Shown piece after piece: positions 25,575 through 34,804 of a stretch of DNA of 64,000 nucleotides. Where the stretch lies: IMG/VR virus record IMGVR_UViG_3300049846_000628, positions 62,001-126,000 of that record; one strand, given 5' to 3'. The notes below the pieces were generated by a model. That model was not told the DNA's origin. It did no database searches and saw nothing but the letters and a program-made list of their open reading frames with translations. Position numbers and translations under genes: made by a program. The first letter of the stretch is position 1. Every line of letters begins with the position of its first letter.

Positions 25575-26225
25575 TTATAGATTTGAAAGAAACTCTTGGA
25601 ACAATTGAATTTTATGTTCCTGAAGTCTTTTTTCATCTACTAGAGTGTTAATTCTACGTTTTGCAGATTCTGCAAGTTTCTCACGAAGGATTCCACCTTC
25701 CCAAACCCACTCTTTTCCTTCCATAATTCCCTGAACAAAAGCGTCAGGAGCAGAAGGATCGGCAACGATATCTGCAGCAGTTGCTAGCATAAAATCTTCG
25801 CCAACAATTTTATGACCTTCATTGGTCATTTTGAGTGAACCAACACCACGAGAAGAAACACCAAGACAAACACCTTCACCAATAAGTGATTTTGCAATCT
25901 TACCCATTGGAGTTTCTAGAAGTTGTGCCTTACCTCTAAAATTTGTTCCATCTTGCTCAAGAGAAACAATTTTATGAGAAACACGGTCAAGGTTTACGGT
26001 TGGACCATCTGGGTGCCCAAGTTCTCCAAGAGCACGACCTTTGCAAACAAAAGTTTCGTTATATCTTTTTACTTCGCGTGAAAGAGTTTCCATTGGATAC
26101 ATTCTTCCATTGCGATTGCAAATATCACCCTGAAGGAATACTCCTTCAATGTACATTTTCCTTTGAGGTCCTTTTCCTTCGGTAACAAATTCTACCTTTT
26201 GAATTTCTTCTGTGATGAGTTTCAT
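25575..26225 (-). CDS. gp21: Prohead core protease
   Basis: NRNGRMY, GELGHP, GVSSRGVGS and DIVADPSAPDA. Confidence 0.97.
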   Translation of the reverse strand: MKLITEEIQKVEFVTEGKGPQRKMYIEGVFLQGDICNRNGRMYPMETLSREVKRYNETFVCKGRALGELGHPDGPTVNLDRVSHKIVSLEQDGTNFRGKAQLLETPMGKIAKSLIGEGVCLGVSSRGVGSLKMTNEGHKIVGEDFMLATAADIVADPSAPDAFVQGIMEGKEWVWEGGILREKLAESAKRRINTLVDEKRLQEHKIQLFQEFLSNL

Positions 26226-26229
26226 TTTT

Positions 26230-26760
26230 TTATTCGGAAACTAGTTGAACTACTTCTGTAACACTAACTCCAAGATTAGTATCTGGTGTATATGCAGAAA
26301 CTTTTACGCTTCTAACTAAATCAGCACCAGTTATATTTGGTGAAACAATTGAAGAACTATTGAAATTAATTGTAACTGATGAATCAGTTAACGACACAAT
26401 TGACTTATGTGTAGTATTAATTCCAGCAGTTGGAGCTCCTTCAATAGAAACATAATCAGTGCTTAAAAATGGATTACCTGCATTATTCTCAAAAATGAGA
26501 GTTGTAGTTGTTCCTGTAGTAATACCAGCTATTTTTTGCCTAGCAAGCCTTTCCTTTAAAACTTCAGCGGTGTATGTACCAACATGAAAATCATTTGTTG
26601 TCGCTACTGGATCATTTCCAACGACAACATAACAACCTACTCCAGAAGATGCAATAGAAACTCTAAGATAACCGCTTTTTAATGCAATAGGATTGCTAGT
26701 AGCAGCAACTCCAGGATTTGCAGATATTTTGTTTACATTTTGGATAATTTTTACAGCCAT
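26230..26760 (-). CDS. Hypothetical protein in the head cluster, probably structural
   Basis: 176 aa, beta-rich and Thr/Ser-rich; coupled to neighbours. Confidence 0.7.
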   Translation of the reverse strand: MAVKIIQNVNKISANPGVAATSNPIALKSGYLRVSIASSGVGCYVVVGNDPVATTNDFHVGTYTAEVLKERLARQKIAGITTGTTTTLIFENNAGNPFLSTDYVSIEGAPTAGINTTHKSIVSLTDSSVTINFNSSSIVSPNITGADLVRSVKVSAYTPDTNLGVSVTEVVQLVSE

Positions 26761-26927
26761 TATTCTTCATCTCCGGGGGTTTCAGCATCACCAAACATTA
26801 ATGCTGCAATCTCTGGACGAGCAGAATCTACTCTCTCAGCAGCTTTAGCATATAGTAATTCTTTAATTCTGTCGGAAACGTCCGAAGGAGCTCCGTCAGT
26901 TGCAATCAAATCGATAAGTTCTTCCAT
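26760..26927 (-). CDS. Small acidic prohead core protein (gp67-like by position)
   Basis: Directly after gp20; start taken at MEELIDL; TATAAATA upstream. Confidence 0.6.
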   Translation of the reverse strand: MEELIDLIATDGAPSDVSDRIKELLYAKAAERVDSARPEIAALMFGDAETPGDEE

Positions 26928-26951
26928 AAAATTGGTTTGCATTTATAAGAT

Positions 26952-26959
26952 TATTTATA
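26952..26959 (-). promoter_or_regulatory. T4-type late promoter TATAAATA
   Basis: Exact consensus overlapping the gp20 stop codon. Confidence 0.7.
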
Positions 26960-28649
26960 TCTTCCCACCTTTGGGTTCTTTTATTTCCATTTCTGGAGCA
27001 CTAACTGTGGGTTCAATTGGAACTTCTCCACCTGCACCTTGTTCTATTGCTTGACCTGCAGTTTCACCACCTGGGGGTAATGGATTGCCCATTTCATCAA
27101 CGGGTGCATTAGGATCTGGAAGAATTCCTTTTTCAATTTCATCTTCAATTTGTTCATCAATCTCAATGATCTCCGAGTCAGTCTGTCGTAGTATTTTTCT
27201 ACGGACATACTCGGTCGAGTAATACTTCCCAATGTATGGCTCTACTGTGGTCAGTAGTGTTAGACGATTAGTGAGAAGTTCTGCTTCTTTTAACTCTGAG
27301 AAATGATTATCATACAGGAAGTCATATTGAATATGATCCTCCATTCTTTCCCAATCTTCTGGAGAAACAACGTTCTTAAGAAGAAGTTGAGTGCGGAGAA
27401 TATCATTAAATAACTGAGCAAAACGCTTTCTCAGACGACCAACAAACTTAGAAAACTGAAGTTCATCACGAAGAATTTCTGATGAACGACCTAAATTGAA
27501 TCCATCGCCAGATCCGGTAATTCTTGATTCAGGAACTCCAAGTGCTCTATAAAGTTTTCTTTGGAAATACTTAATATCTTCAATCTCTCCTAAGTTCTGC
27601 CCACCAGGTAGAGTTGTGATTTCTGTACCTCTACCACCTTCTCTTCTAGGAAGCCAGAAGTCCTCAAGCATACTCATAAACTTACGATCATCTCTGATCT
27701 CACCAGTATTAGCGTCATAAACCAGTTTATTACGATAGCGAGACATAACTTCTTTAAGGTATTGCTCTGCTTTTACCTTAGGTAAGTTACCTACATCAAT
27801 ATAGAAAATACGACGCTCTGGTGCTCTTGATAATCTATAGATAACAAGAGAATCCTCAATCATTCGAAGTTGATTGAGAGCTTTGATTGCTTTATGAAGA
27901 TATGAAAGAACAGTTCCTTTATTTCTATCTACAAGACCAGACGTGCAATAAGTAATTGAATCTTTTGCAATCTTAACTGATCCCTTAGAAGCACCGCTCA
28001 ATGATCCCATTGGATAATTGGGCATTGGGCTATAGATGAAATACTCTTCAATATCAGAATATGATGCTTCAGAATCAGTTGATAAGGCGTTTGATGTTAG
28101 TCTGCTAACCAATGGTTCATTTTTAACGCCCGTCATTTTCTTTTCTTGACGAACGTGCTTCATTTTCATTGGGTCGATATACCTCAGCTCTTTAATTCCT
28201 TCGTGAGGTTTTTTAATATCGATAACTTTTAGATAATAAAGTCTTCCATCAACGTACCAATTTCTAAAAATTTCGTGAGATTTTCTATCAAAGTCCATCA
28301 TTTCCTTGATAGACTTGAATTCTTCTCTGATAACCTTTTTTAATTTATCGCTAGCATTTAAATTAGAAAGCTCAATCTCAACTGGGGAGTCATAGAGATC
28401 ACTTACGATTGCTTCATTTACAATATCTTCAATCGCGCTATCACACTCAGGATGCAAAGCCATCTCACGATAGCGACGCATCAAGTCAAATTCTGTTCTA
28501 TAGACTCCTTCAATATCTACATATTGACCATAAAATCCAGATTGAATATAATAATCAACCCCGTCCTCATCGGTAGGAGGGACGGGGGATACTATAGATT
28601 TAGATTTTTCTTCGTTATCCTCAATCGAAAAACCAAAAAGTTTCGCCAT
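26955..28649 (-). CDS. gp20: Portal vertex protein
   Basis: WYVDGRLYY, IYRLSRAPERRIFYIDVGNLPK and EDFWLPRREGGRGTEITTLPGGQNLG. Confidence 0.99.
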   Translation of the reverse strand: MAKLFGFSIEDNEEKSKSIVSPVPPTDEDGVDYYIQSGFYGQYVDIEGVYRTEFDLMRRYREMALHPECDSAIEDIVNEAIVSDLYDSPVEIELSNLNASDKLKKVIREEFKSIKEMMDFDRKSHEIFRNWYVDGRLYYLKVIDIKKPHEGIKELRYIDPMKMKHVRQEKKMTGVKNEPLVSRLTSNALSTDSEASYSDIEEYFIYSPMPNYPMGSLSGASKGSVKIAKDSITYCTSGLVDRNKGTVLSYLHKAIKALNQLRMIEDSLVIYRLSRAPERRIFYIDVGNLPKVKAEQYLKEVMSRYRNKLVYDANTGEIRDDRKFMSMLEDFWLPRREGGRGTEITTLPGGQNLGEIEDIKYFQRKLYRALGVPESRITGSGDGFNLGRSSEILRDELQFSKFVGRLRKRFAQLFNDILRTQLLLKNVVSPEDWERMEDHIQYDFLYDNHFSELKEAELLTNRLTLLTTVEPYIGKYYSTEYVRRKILRQTDSEIIEIDEQIEDEIEKGILPDPNAPVDEMGNPLPPGGETAGQAIEQGAGGEVPIEPTVSAPEMEIKEPKGGKI

Positions 28650-28676
28650 TTTATAAACTTAGATCCTTGTATGTAC

Positions 28677-28683
28677 TATTTAG
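28677..28683 (-). promoter_or_regulatory. Late promoter variant CTAAATA
   Basis: Overlaps the gp19 stop, upstream of gp20. Confidence 0.55.
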
Positions 28684-29270
28684 TTGATATCAGAACCGCC
28701 TGCTGAAGAGGAGGTTCCTTTGATTGCTTCCCACCAGTGGACTTGCATTTCAACAGTGAACTCTTGAATAGAGTCTGTTCCATAATCAAGAGGCATTGAA
28801 CTGATGCTTGTTGGGAATAGATCATACATATGATAAGATCTTAAGATAGATCCATCACGGTTTAACTGGTGAACATAAGCATCTGCCTGATAAAGTGCTG
28901 GGTTTGTTTGTCCAGTGTTATCAGATAGTCTGTTGATATAGTTCATCCACTTTTCAAATGCCGATCTGATTGCGAAATCAGTGTCGTTGATAACGGTGAT
29001 AGTCCAAGATTCGAATGAACGGTCTCCTGCTACCTTTAAAGTTCTTCCTCTGAAAGATACTTCAAGAGAAGTAACGTTAGATGATGGGATAGCAGCTGCT
29101 TTTACAAGAAATCTTGATTTATCAAGAATTGCATTATCAACGCTAACTGCTGAAGGGAATGCTAATTCAACCTCAAAAAGGTTACTTCTAGCACCACCAC
29201 CGGTTAACTTGCTCTTGAAGTCAGTAATCTTCCTTAAAGGAATGTTGTTGATTTGTTCTCTGGTTGCCAT
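28680..29270 (-). CDS. gp19: Tail tube protein
   Basis: GGARSNLFEV, FRGRTLKVAGDRSFESWTITVIND; directly after gp18. Confidence 0.96.
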   Translation of the reverse strand: MATREQINNIPLRKITDFKSKLTGGGARSNLFEVELAFPSAVSVDNAILDKSRFLVKAAAIPSSNVTSLEVSFRGRTLKVAGDRSFESWTITVINDTDFAIRSAFEKWMNYINRLSDNTGQTNPALYQADAYVHQLNRDGSILRSYHMYDLFPTSISSMPLDYGTDSIQEFTVEMQVHWWEAIKGTSSSAGGSDIN

Positions 29271-29292
29271 AGTTTCTAAACCTCTAGGTTAA

Positions 29293-31446
29293 TTAGAATG
29301 TTCCGATTACTTCTTCAAAATCTACACCAGTTTTGGTGGCTATGAAGGTTAGACCGATGAAGTTAATCGATCTGGAGGGTTTAATGTAGATATCAGCAAC
29401 AAACTCATTATTATCTATAATAGCGGCAGTGTTATTTGTTTCATCACAAATAACGACGTAATCAAAGATTCCTCTCTTTGCCTGAACGTCACGGAGGAAT
29501 GGTTCAATAGTGTTCACGAAGTTTGTTCTAGTAATCTCATCATTGAATTCAAAGAGTTGATCTTTTGCTGCTTGTGAGATAGCATCTTCAAGATAAACAA
29601 AGAGACGACGAACGTTGATTCTATCAAAAGCAGAAGCCTTTGCTAGTCCAGTCTTATCACCAAACAGAATGATTCCAGCTCCAGGTGAGAAGATAACTGG
29701 GTTGATTCTGCCGCTGTAAAGACGATCTCTTTGTGATTTTGAAGGATTGTATGCTAGTTTTACTGCATTTAAGATTGCTCCTCTAGCAGTACCTGCTGGG
29801 GAATACCAAGGGAAATTGTTGATATCATTGCGGGCACATAGTCCAGCAATATCTCCATTTAGAGGTACATACCTGAAAGTATTGGAGAATCTATCGTACA
29901 TATACTTGTATCCGCTATCAAAGATCGCATAAGATGAAGATGAGATTGGCGAATAGAAGGATAGAACGTTTCTTGTGATATCTTCTGCCGAGTAGATAGT
30001 TTCTGCAGTTTGTACAGAAGTATCAGTGATTGCTGCCCCTCTGTATGGTGAAATGAATGCAATCGCATCCTTTCTAAGTTCTGCAACTGAAATAATTTTG
30101 TTTGCTAATGCTTGAGCAGTTTCTTTAACATAACCAGCAGATCCCATTAAGAGGAAATCGACTTTAAAATTCTCTGTATTTTCGAAAAGATCATAACCAT
30201 CAGACAGACTTGCTAAAGTGACGGTTAAGGATCCGGCAGTTGATAGGTCTGATGCTCCACCGTAATCTCTACCACCAGTTAATGTGTTGGTTGATGCTCC
30301 AGATGCAGCGAAGATAACTCCTTCTGCAGGTTGATCCCAAGCAACATCAGAGGCAAGATTGAAACCTGAACTGAAACCAGTGGTTACAATTCCTGTAGGT
30401 GCTCCGCCAGCAAAAATATACTGCGAATTAGGTGCAATATATTTTCTCCAATAGGATGGAGATCCTGCAGAGAATTCGGCATCAGATGCCTTAGAAAGAC
30501 TCAGGTGCTTCTCAAGAATAGTTCCAGCGTTTCCAGTTACTTCTCCTAAAGAGTCAATAACTACAACGTGAACTTCGTCAAATCTTGAGTTTCTAGCTGC
30601 AGCAAATGCAGTTGTTGATGGTCTTGGAGCAACACTATTCCAATTGATTGTTGATGTGGTTGTTAAACCGATAGTTTGCTGATCAAACCAGTCAAGTTCT
30701 GAAGTGTATGATGTTGTTGCAAATGATGTTGATTGTCCGTTAGTGTGAATTGCGACAGATCCAGATCCAGAGAATGCATAAACACCATCTGGTTGATAAT
30801 CTACAGCAGTTTCTGTTCCTGAAGCAACATAAGAAAGAACTTTAACACCAATTGTGCCTGCACCAATTTCTGTAACAACACCTTTTAAGTGACCATTAAG
30901 CACTGATGTTGTTCCAGCGCCAGGAAGAATGGAATTAATTGCCTGAGTAACACCATATCCTACAGATATTGCTGCAGTGGTAATTCCACTCAGAATTTGG
31001 TCTGCTTTTGCATCAATAATAGCAACTTTAAGACCATTTGCCCAAGATCCTGGGTTCTTAGCAGCAACTATAACACCGCTAATGGTATTTTCATCATAAT
31101 TTAGTTGCTCATAGTGGTCTAAGCTCTTGATTTTTACACTAGAAGCAGTTCCAACAAAAGCATTTTTTATATCAGCATCATCAGCTCTTACAACTCTGAG
31201 AGATCCACCATACGCCAGATAAGAAGAAGCACTTAACCAATGTTCGTAATGCTTATCTACACTATATGGTTCTCCAAATGTATTCAATAAATCATTTTCA
31301 TTTTGTACTAAAGTTGGAGAATCTACAGGTCCTTTCGCAAAAGGTGCTACAATTGCACCGATTTTGTCTGACGAAGGAGTAGCTCTTCCAATGGTTAAAT
31401 CAACTTCCCTTACTACAATCCCAGGAGATGCTAAATTTAGCGGCAT
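29293..31446 (-). CDS. gp18: Tail sheath protein
   Basis: SPGIVVREVDLT, WYSPAGTARG, FDRINVRRLF and DIYIKPSRSINFI. Confidence 0.98.
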   Translation of the reverse strand: MPLNLASPGIVVREVDLTIGRATPSSDKIGAIVAPFAKGPVDSPTLVQNENDLLNTFGEPYSVDKHYEHWLSASSYLAYGGSLRVVRADDADIKNAFVGTASSVKIKSLDHYEQLNYDENTISGVIVAAKNPGSWANGLKVAIIDAKADQILSGITTAAISVGYGVTQAINSILPGAGTTSVLNGHLKGVVTEIGAGTIGVKVLSYVASGTETAVDYQPDGVYAFSGSGSVAIHTNGQSTSFATTSYTSELDWFDQQTIGLTTTSTINWNSVAPRPSTTAFAAARNSRFDEVHVVVIDSLGEVTGNAGTILEKHLSLSKASDAEFSAGSPSYWRKYIAPNSQYIFAGGAPTGIVTTGFSSGFNLASDVAWDQPAEGVIFAASGASTNTLTGGRDYGGASDLSTAGSLTVTLASLSDGYDLFENTENFKVDFLLMGSAGYVKETAQALANKIISVAELRKDAIAFISPYRGAAITDTSVQTAETIYSAEDITRNVLSFYSPISSSSYAIFDSGYKYMYDRFSNTFRYVPLNGDIAGLCARNDINNFPWYSPAGTARGAILNAVKLAYNPSKSQRDRLYSGRINPVIFSPGAGIILFGDKTGLAKASAFDRINVRRLFVYLEDAISQAAKDQLFEFNDEITRTNFVNTIEPFLRDVQAKRGIFDYVVICDETNNTAAIIDNNEFVADIYIKPSRSINFIGLTFIATKTGVDFEEVIGTF

Positions 31447-31482
31447 CTTTATTCTCCTACAAGTCCAGAATTATTCTAAAAG

Positions 31483-31490
31483 TATTTATA
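31483..31490 (-). promoter_or_regulatory. T4-type late promoter TATAAATA
   Basis: Exact consensus upstream of gp18. Confidence 0.75.
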
Positions 31491-31506
31491 AATTCCTACC
31501 CTTTAA

Positions 31507-33204
31507 TTACCTGTAATCCCACATATACGACCTATCACCGTATTCGTCTAAATTCCAAACTTCCATTGGTTTGTTTTCTGATGTAGCAGTTGCAAACATC
31601 CAACGATCTCCAGTACCATCCTCTATCAACATATCCATATCATCTAACCCATCAGAAATAAATCCAAATGGAGACATATCTTGTTCTATTTGATTTTTTT
31701 GCTCTTCATAAATTCTCTTACGGACATCATTATCCGTCATTTCTTTGAAATAATCCTGAGCAACTAACCAGGAGAAGATTACAAGACACATTGCTAGGTC
31801 ATCATTACAACCTTCTTCTGCCTCAAATGAATTATGTTTTTGTGCAAACGTTGTTAACTCTGAGATGATATCGTAATCAACAGTCAACAACTTATCATCC
31901 TCCAACAAAGTTTTAAGGTTAGAGCATCCTAACTTTTTAACAGCGGCGGTCATACGAACACCAAGCTGCGACTTTTTACCACTAAATCCAGATCCAACAA
32001 TCTGTCCAGCACGACCACGCATCGCACACATTAAAACATTATCATATTCAAGATCAAAATGTAGAATATTAGCAACCTGATCTCCAATATCATTAACTTC
32101 AACTAATAACCAAGCATCATTATATCCTTTTGCTACTTCGTGAATAATGCTTGGGAATAGCATTGGTTTGATTTCGTTGTTACGATATTTTGCTACTACT
32201 TTGTATGGAAAGTTAGTTATATCAAAAACAATAAATGCAGAGTAGTCATTTCCTAATCCACGAGCAACGTCAACGGTCATCAAATAGTTGTGCTCTTCTT
32301 TTGGATTTTCATAAACATCTAATCCGGCATTTCTCTTGATCGGATCTTCATATACAAGATTCCTCAGTTTTGATGGGTTGATGAGTGTATTAACCGATCC
32401 TAAAAATTCACATTCAAACTCAACTTTGAATTGTTGTTCGGAGGTGTTCGCAATCGTTTGTTCCTTCCACGCAGCGTCCCTTCCGGGCACTTCAGACCAA
32501 TGAACGTCTGTAGGTACATATTCGTTCTTGCCCCGTTCAGCGTCATGCCACATACGGTAGAAGTGATTCATACCGCGTGGTGTGGATACGATAATTACCT
32601 TCGTGCTCTGTCCAGAAGAAATAGTAGGATAAACAGAGGCAAAGAAGTCATCAGCAATGTGATTTGGGATGAAAGCGAACTCGTCAAGAAAGATGACATT
32701 ATAGGATCCGCCTCGGACAGCAGATGACGAAGTAGAGTTAGATGAAATTTTGGAGCCATTTTCTAGTTCTAGAGATCCTTTATTCCAAGATATAATACCC
32801 TGCTGCATCCATTTTGGTAAGTTTTCATAAGCAAGTTGTAATCTTCCAAGAAGATCTCTTGCCGTAGATGCTTTGTTTGCAAGAATAGCAATATTCACAT
32901 TATCATTGAATACTGCATAATGTAATAGATATGAAACACAAGTCGTAGACTTACCCGTCTGACGGGGCATCTTGCAAATATTAAATCTATTCTTATGGAA
33001 ATTATGAATCAGTTTCTCTTGAAACGGATACATCTCAAAAGGAACTAGACCGTGATCAAGAGACACGATCTTAATGTAGTTTCTTGCAAAATATACAGGA
33101 TCCTCTTTACACTTTAAGAACTCAATAATTTGCTCTTCAGTAAACTCTATAGGGGTATTTGCCTTTTTAAGTAAAGGATTGCCCAAATATACATCATTAG
33201 ACAT
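31507..33204 (-). CDS. gp17: Terminase large subunit
   Basis: PRQTGKST, IFLDEFAF, STPRG, VDVARG and NDDLAM. Confidence 0.98.
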   Translation of the reverse strand: MSNDVYLGNPLLKKANTPIEFTEEQIIEFLKCKEDPVYFARNYIKIVSLDHGLVPFEMYPFQEKLIHNFHKNRFNICKMPRQTGKSTTCVSYLLHYAVFNDNVNIAILANKASTARDLLGRLQLAYENLPKWMQQGIISWNKGSLELENGSKISSNSTSSSAVRGGSYNVIFLDEFAFIPNHIADDFFASVYPTISSGQSTKVIIVSTPRGMNHFYRMWHDAERGKNEYVPTDVHWSEVPGRDAAWKEQTIANTSEQQFKVEFECEFLGSVNTLINPSKLRNLVYEDPIKRNAGLDVYENPKEEHNYLMTVDVARGLGNDYSAFIVFDITNFPYKVVAKYRNNEIKPMLFPSIIHEVAKGYNDAWLLVEVNDIGDQVANILHFDLEYDNVLMCAMRGRAGQIVGSGFSGKKSQLGVRMTAAVKKLGCSNLKTLLEDDKLLTVDYDIISELTTFAQKHNSFEAEEGCNDDLAMCLVIFSWLVAQDYFKEMTDNDVRKRIYEEQKNQIEQDMSPFGFISDGLDDMDMLIEDGTGDRWMFATATSENKPMEVWNLDEYGDRSYMWDYR

Positions 33205-33210
33205 AATAAT

Positions 33211-34485
33211 TTACCTCTGTTCCAACCAGTTCATAATTGCAAGTGCTGCTTTGTTAGCGTTAGGTGAGGCACATACAAGAGTGTAAATATCACTAATTGT
33301 TCCAATACCACTTCTACCAACTTGTAGTTGTGCTTTATCGTCAATGACTACCTGACTTCCACCACCACCAACAACAAATCCACTTAAAAGAACTCTTCCA
33401 CCAGTGAAAGAAGTTGCAGTGGTATCATATTGAGTAATTGCATCTGAGTTTGCGTGATCAGTAAATGCTGCACCGACTAGAGTTGGATTTTCAATCAATC
33501 TCCAGAATACATTGGTGTTATCATTAGTAGATACTTGTAGTGATCTTGGTAGAACAACGCCAGATAATGAATTTGATTTAAGACGAATACTGAGAACTGG
33601 ATAATAAGTATTTGCAACAGTCATCGTAGTTCCACTAAGAGCATTACCTTGACTGACGAGAGTTCCAAGTTTTTCTGGTTCTCCTTCCTGAATAAGAGAA
33701 TTGGAACCCTGATATAAGTAATGAGTTCCTGCAACACCAGTTACATTTTCAATTTCACAACGAATTGGTAGGAACGGAGTAGAACACCAAACATATGGAT
33801 TGGTATTTGCATTATCAAAAGTATGACTATGAATAGTCTCATTCTTCATCAACCAATTGAACTGAACAATTCCAGCACCATACCATTCATAGTTAATTGA
33901 AATCATTTGTTGTTTTGTTGGATCTGCAACAACTCCTGTATATCCATCACCACCAAACTTTTCACCATTCCAATTATCTCTGGTTACTCTAGTTTCTGTA
34001 GTAATTCCAGATGTGCTACTGCGAATTACATATGAATATGTTCCACCATCGTCCTCAAAGTAAGCACCATTATACTCATCAAATATTCCAAATCTTCTGC
34101 AAATACCTACTTTTGGTGCTTCAAGACGAATTGCAAATGCAAGAGTTGCACCTCTACCAGGAATATATCTCATTACAGTCCTAGTTTGACGAATGACTTT
34201 ACTTCCTGCAGTAGAACCAACTTGCATCACAACATTACTAGATGCTGGATCGTGGGTTGCAGTTCCTACTCCAACTACTCTCTCATCCCATACATCAGTC
34301 TCTTTTCCATACTGGAAAGTGTTGAAGAATACTGTTTGGAATGGAGCAACTTTGAGTCTGTTGTTATTAGAAAACTGAGGTCTCCAGTCCGTCTGGTTTC
34401 CCCAGTGATCTGCAATATTATAAACTTCAAATAAAGTTCTTTCTTGATTTAAATAATCTTGTTCATTCTTATTCCACTGTGCCAT
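33211..34485 (-). CDS. Hypothetical beta-rich protein in the gp16-gp17 interval
   Basis: 424 aa, rich in aromatic residues, Gly and Thr; carries the GVGT/GITT motif seen in virion proteins here. Confidence 0.7.
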   Translation of the reverse strand: MAQWNKNEQDYLNQERTLFEVYNIADHWGNQTDWRPQFSNNNRLKVAPFQTVFFNTFQYGKETDVWDERVVGVGTATHDPASSNVVMQVGSTAGSKVIRQTRTVMRYIPGRGATLAFAIRLEAPKVGICRRFGIFDEYNGAYFEDDGGTYSYVIRSSTSGITTETRVTRDNWNGEKFGGDGYTGVVADPTKQQMISINYEWYGAGIVQFNWLMKNETIHSHTFDNANTNPYVWCSTPFLPIRCEIENVTGVAGTHYLYQGSNSLIQEGEPEKLGTLVSQGNALSGTTMTVANTYYPVLSIRLKSNSLSGVVLPRSLQVSTNDNTNVFWRLIENPTLVGAAFTDHANSDAITQYDTTATSFTGGRVLLSGFVVGGGGSQVVIDDKAQLQVGRSGIGTISDIYTLVCASPNANKAALAIMNWLEQR

Positions 34486-34488
34486 AAA

Positions 34489-34803
34489 TCAATCACTCCA
34501 AGTTAGGCTTTCTGGTCTGTATCTTTGTGCGTTTTTAATTTTGATAGAATCTGATGATAATGGATAAACATTATGAACAATTGCTCCAGGATATTCACCC
34601 TGAAGTTGTTCGGCAAGTGCATTTTTATCAATCATTTTACCTTCAACTTCCAATCGATATAGTTTTCCTTGCCAAACTACATCAGCAAGAAAAGATTCAC
34701 CGACTGGTTGCGATTGTGGTTCAGATCCATTGATATAAAGATTTCCGTTAAAGTCGCCAGCAATGTTGACGCTTTCTGATAGGAATTGTTTGAATGATTT
34801 CAT
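34489..34803 (-). CDS. Hypothetical protein with a capsid-targeting-sequence-like N-terminus
   Basis: Starts MKSFKQFLSE-S; 104 aa. Confidence 0.8.
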   Translation of the reverse strand: MKSFKQFLSESVNIAGDFNGNLYINGSEPQSQPVGESFLADVVWQGKLYRLEVEGKMIDKNALAEQLQGEYPGAIVHNVYPLSSDSIKIKNAQRYRPESLTWSD

Positions 34804-34804
34804 T

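Noticed and set aside
722-33204. Introns or inteins in gp43, uvsW, gp46, gp20, gp23 or gp17
   Set aside because: All are uninterrupted and of expected length with contiguous motifs.
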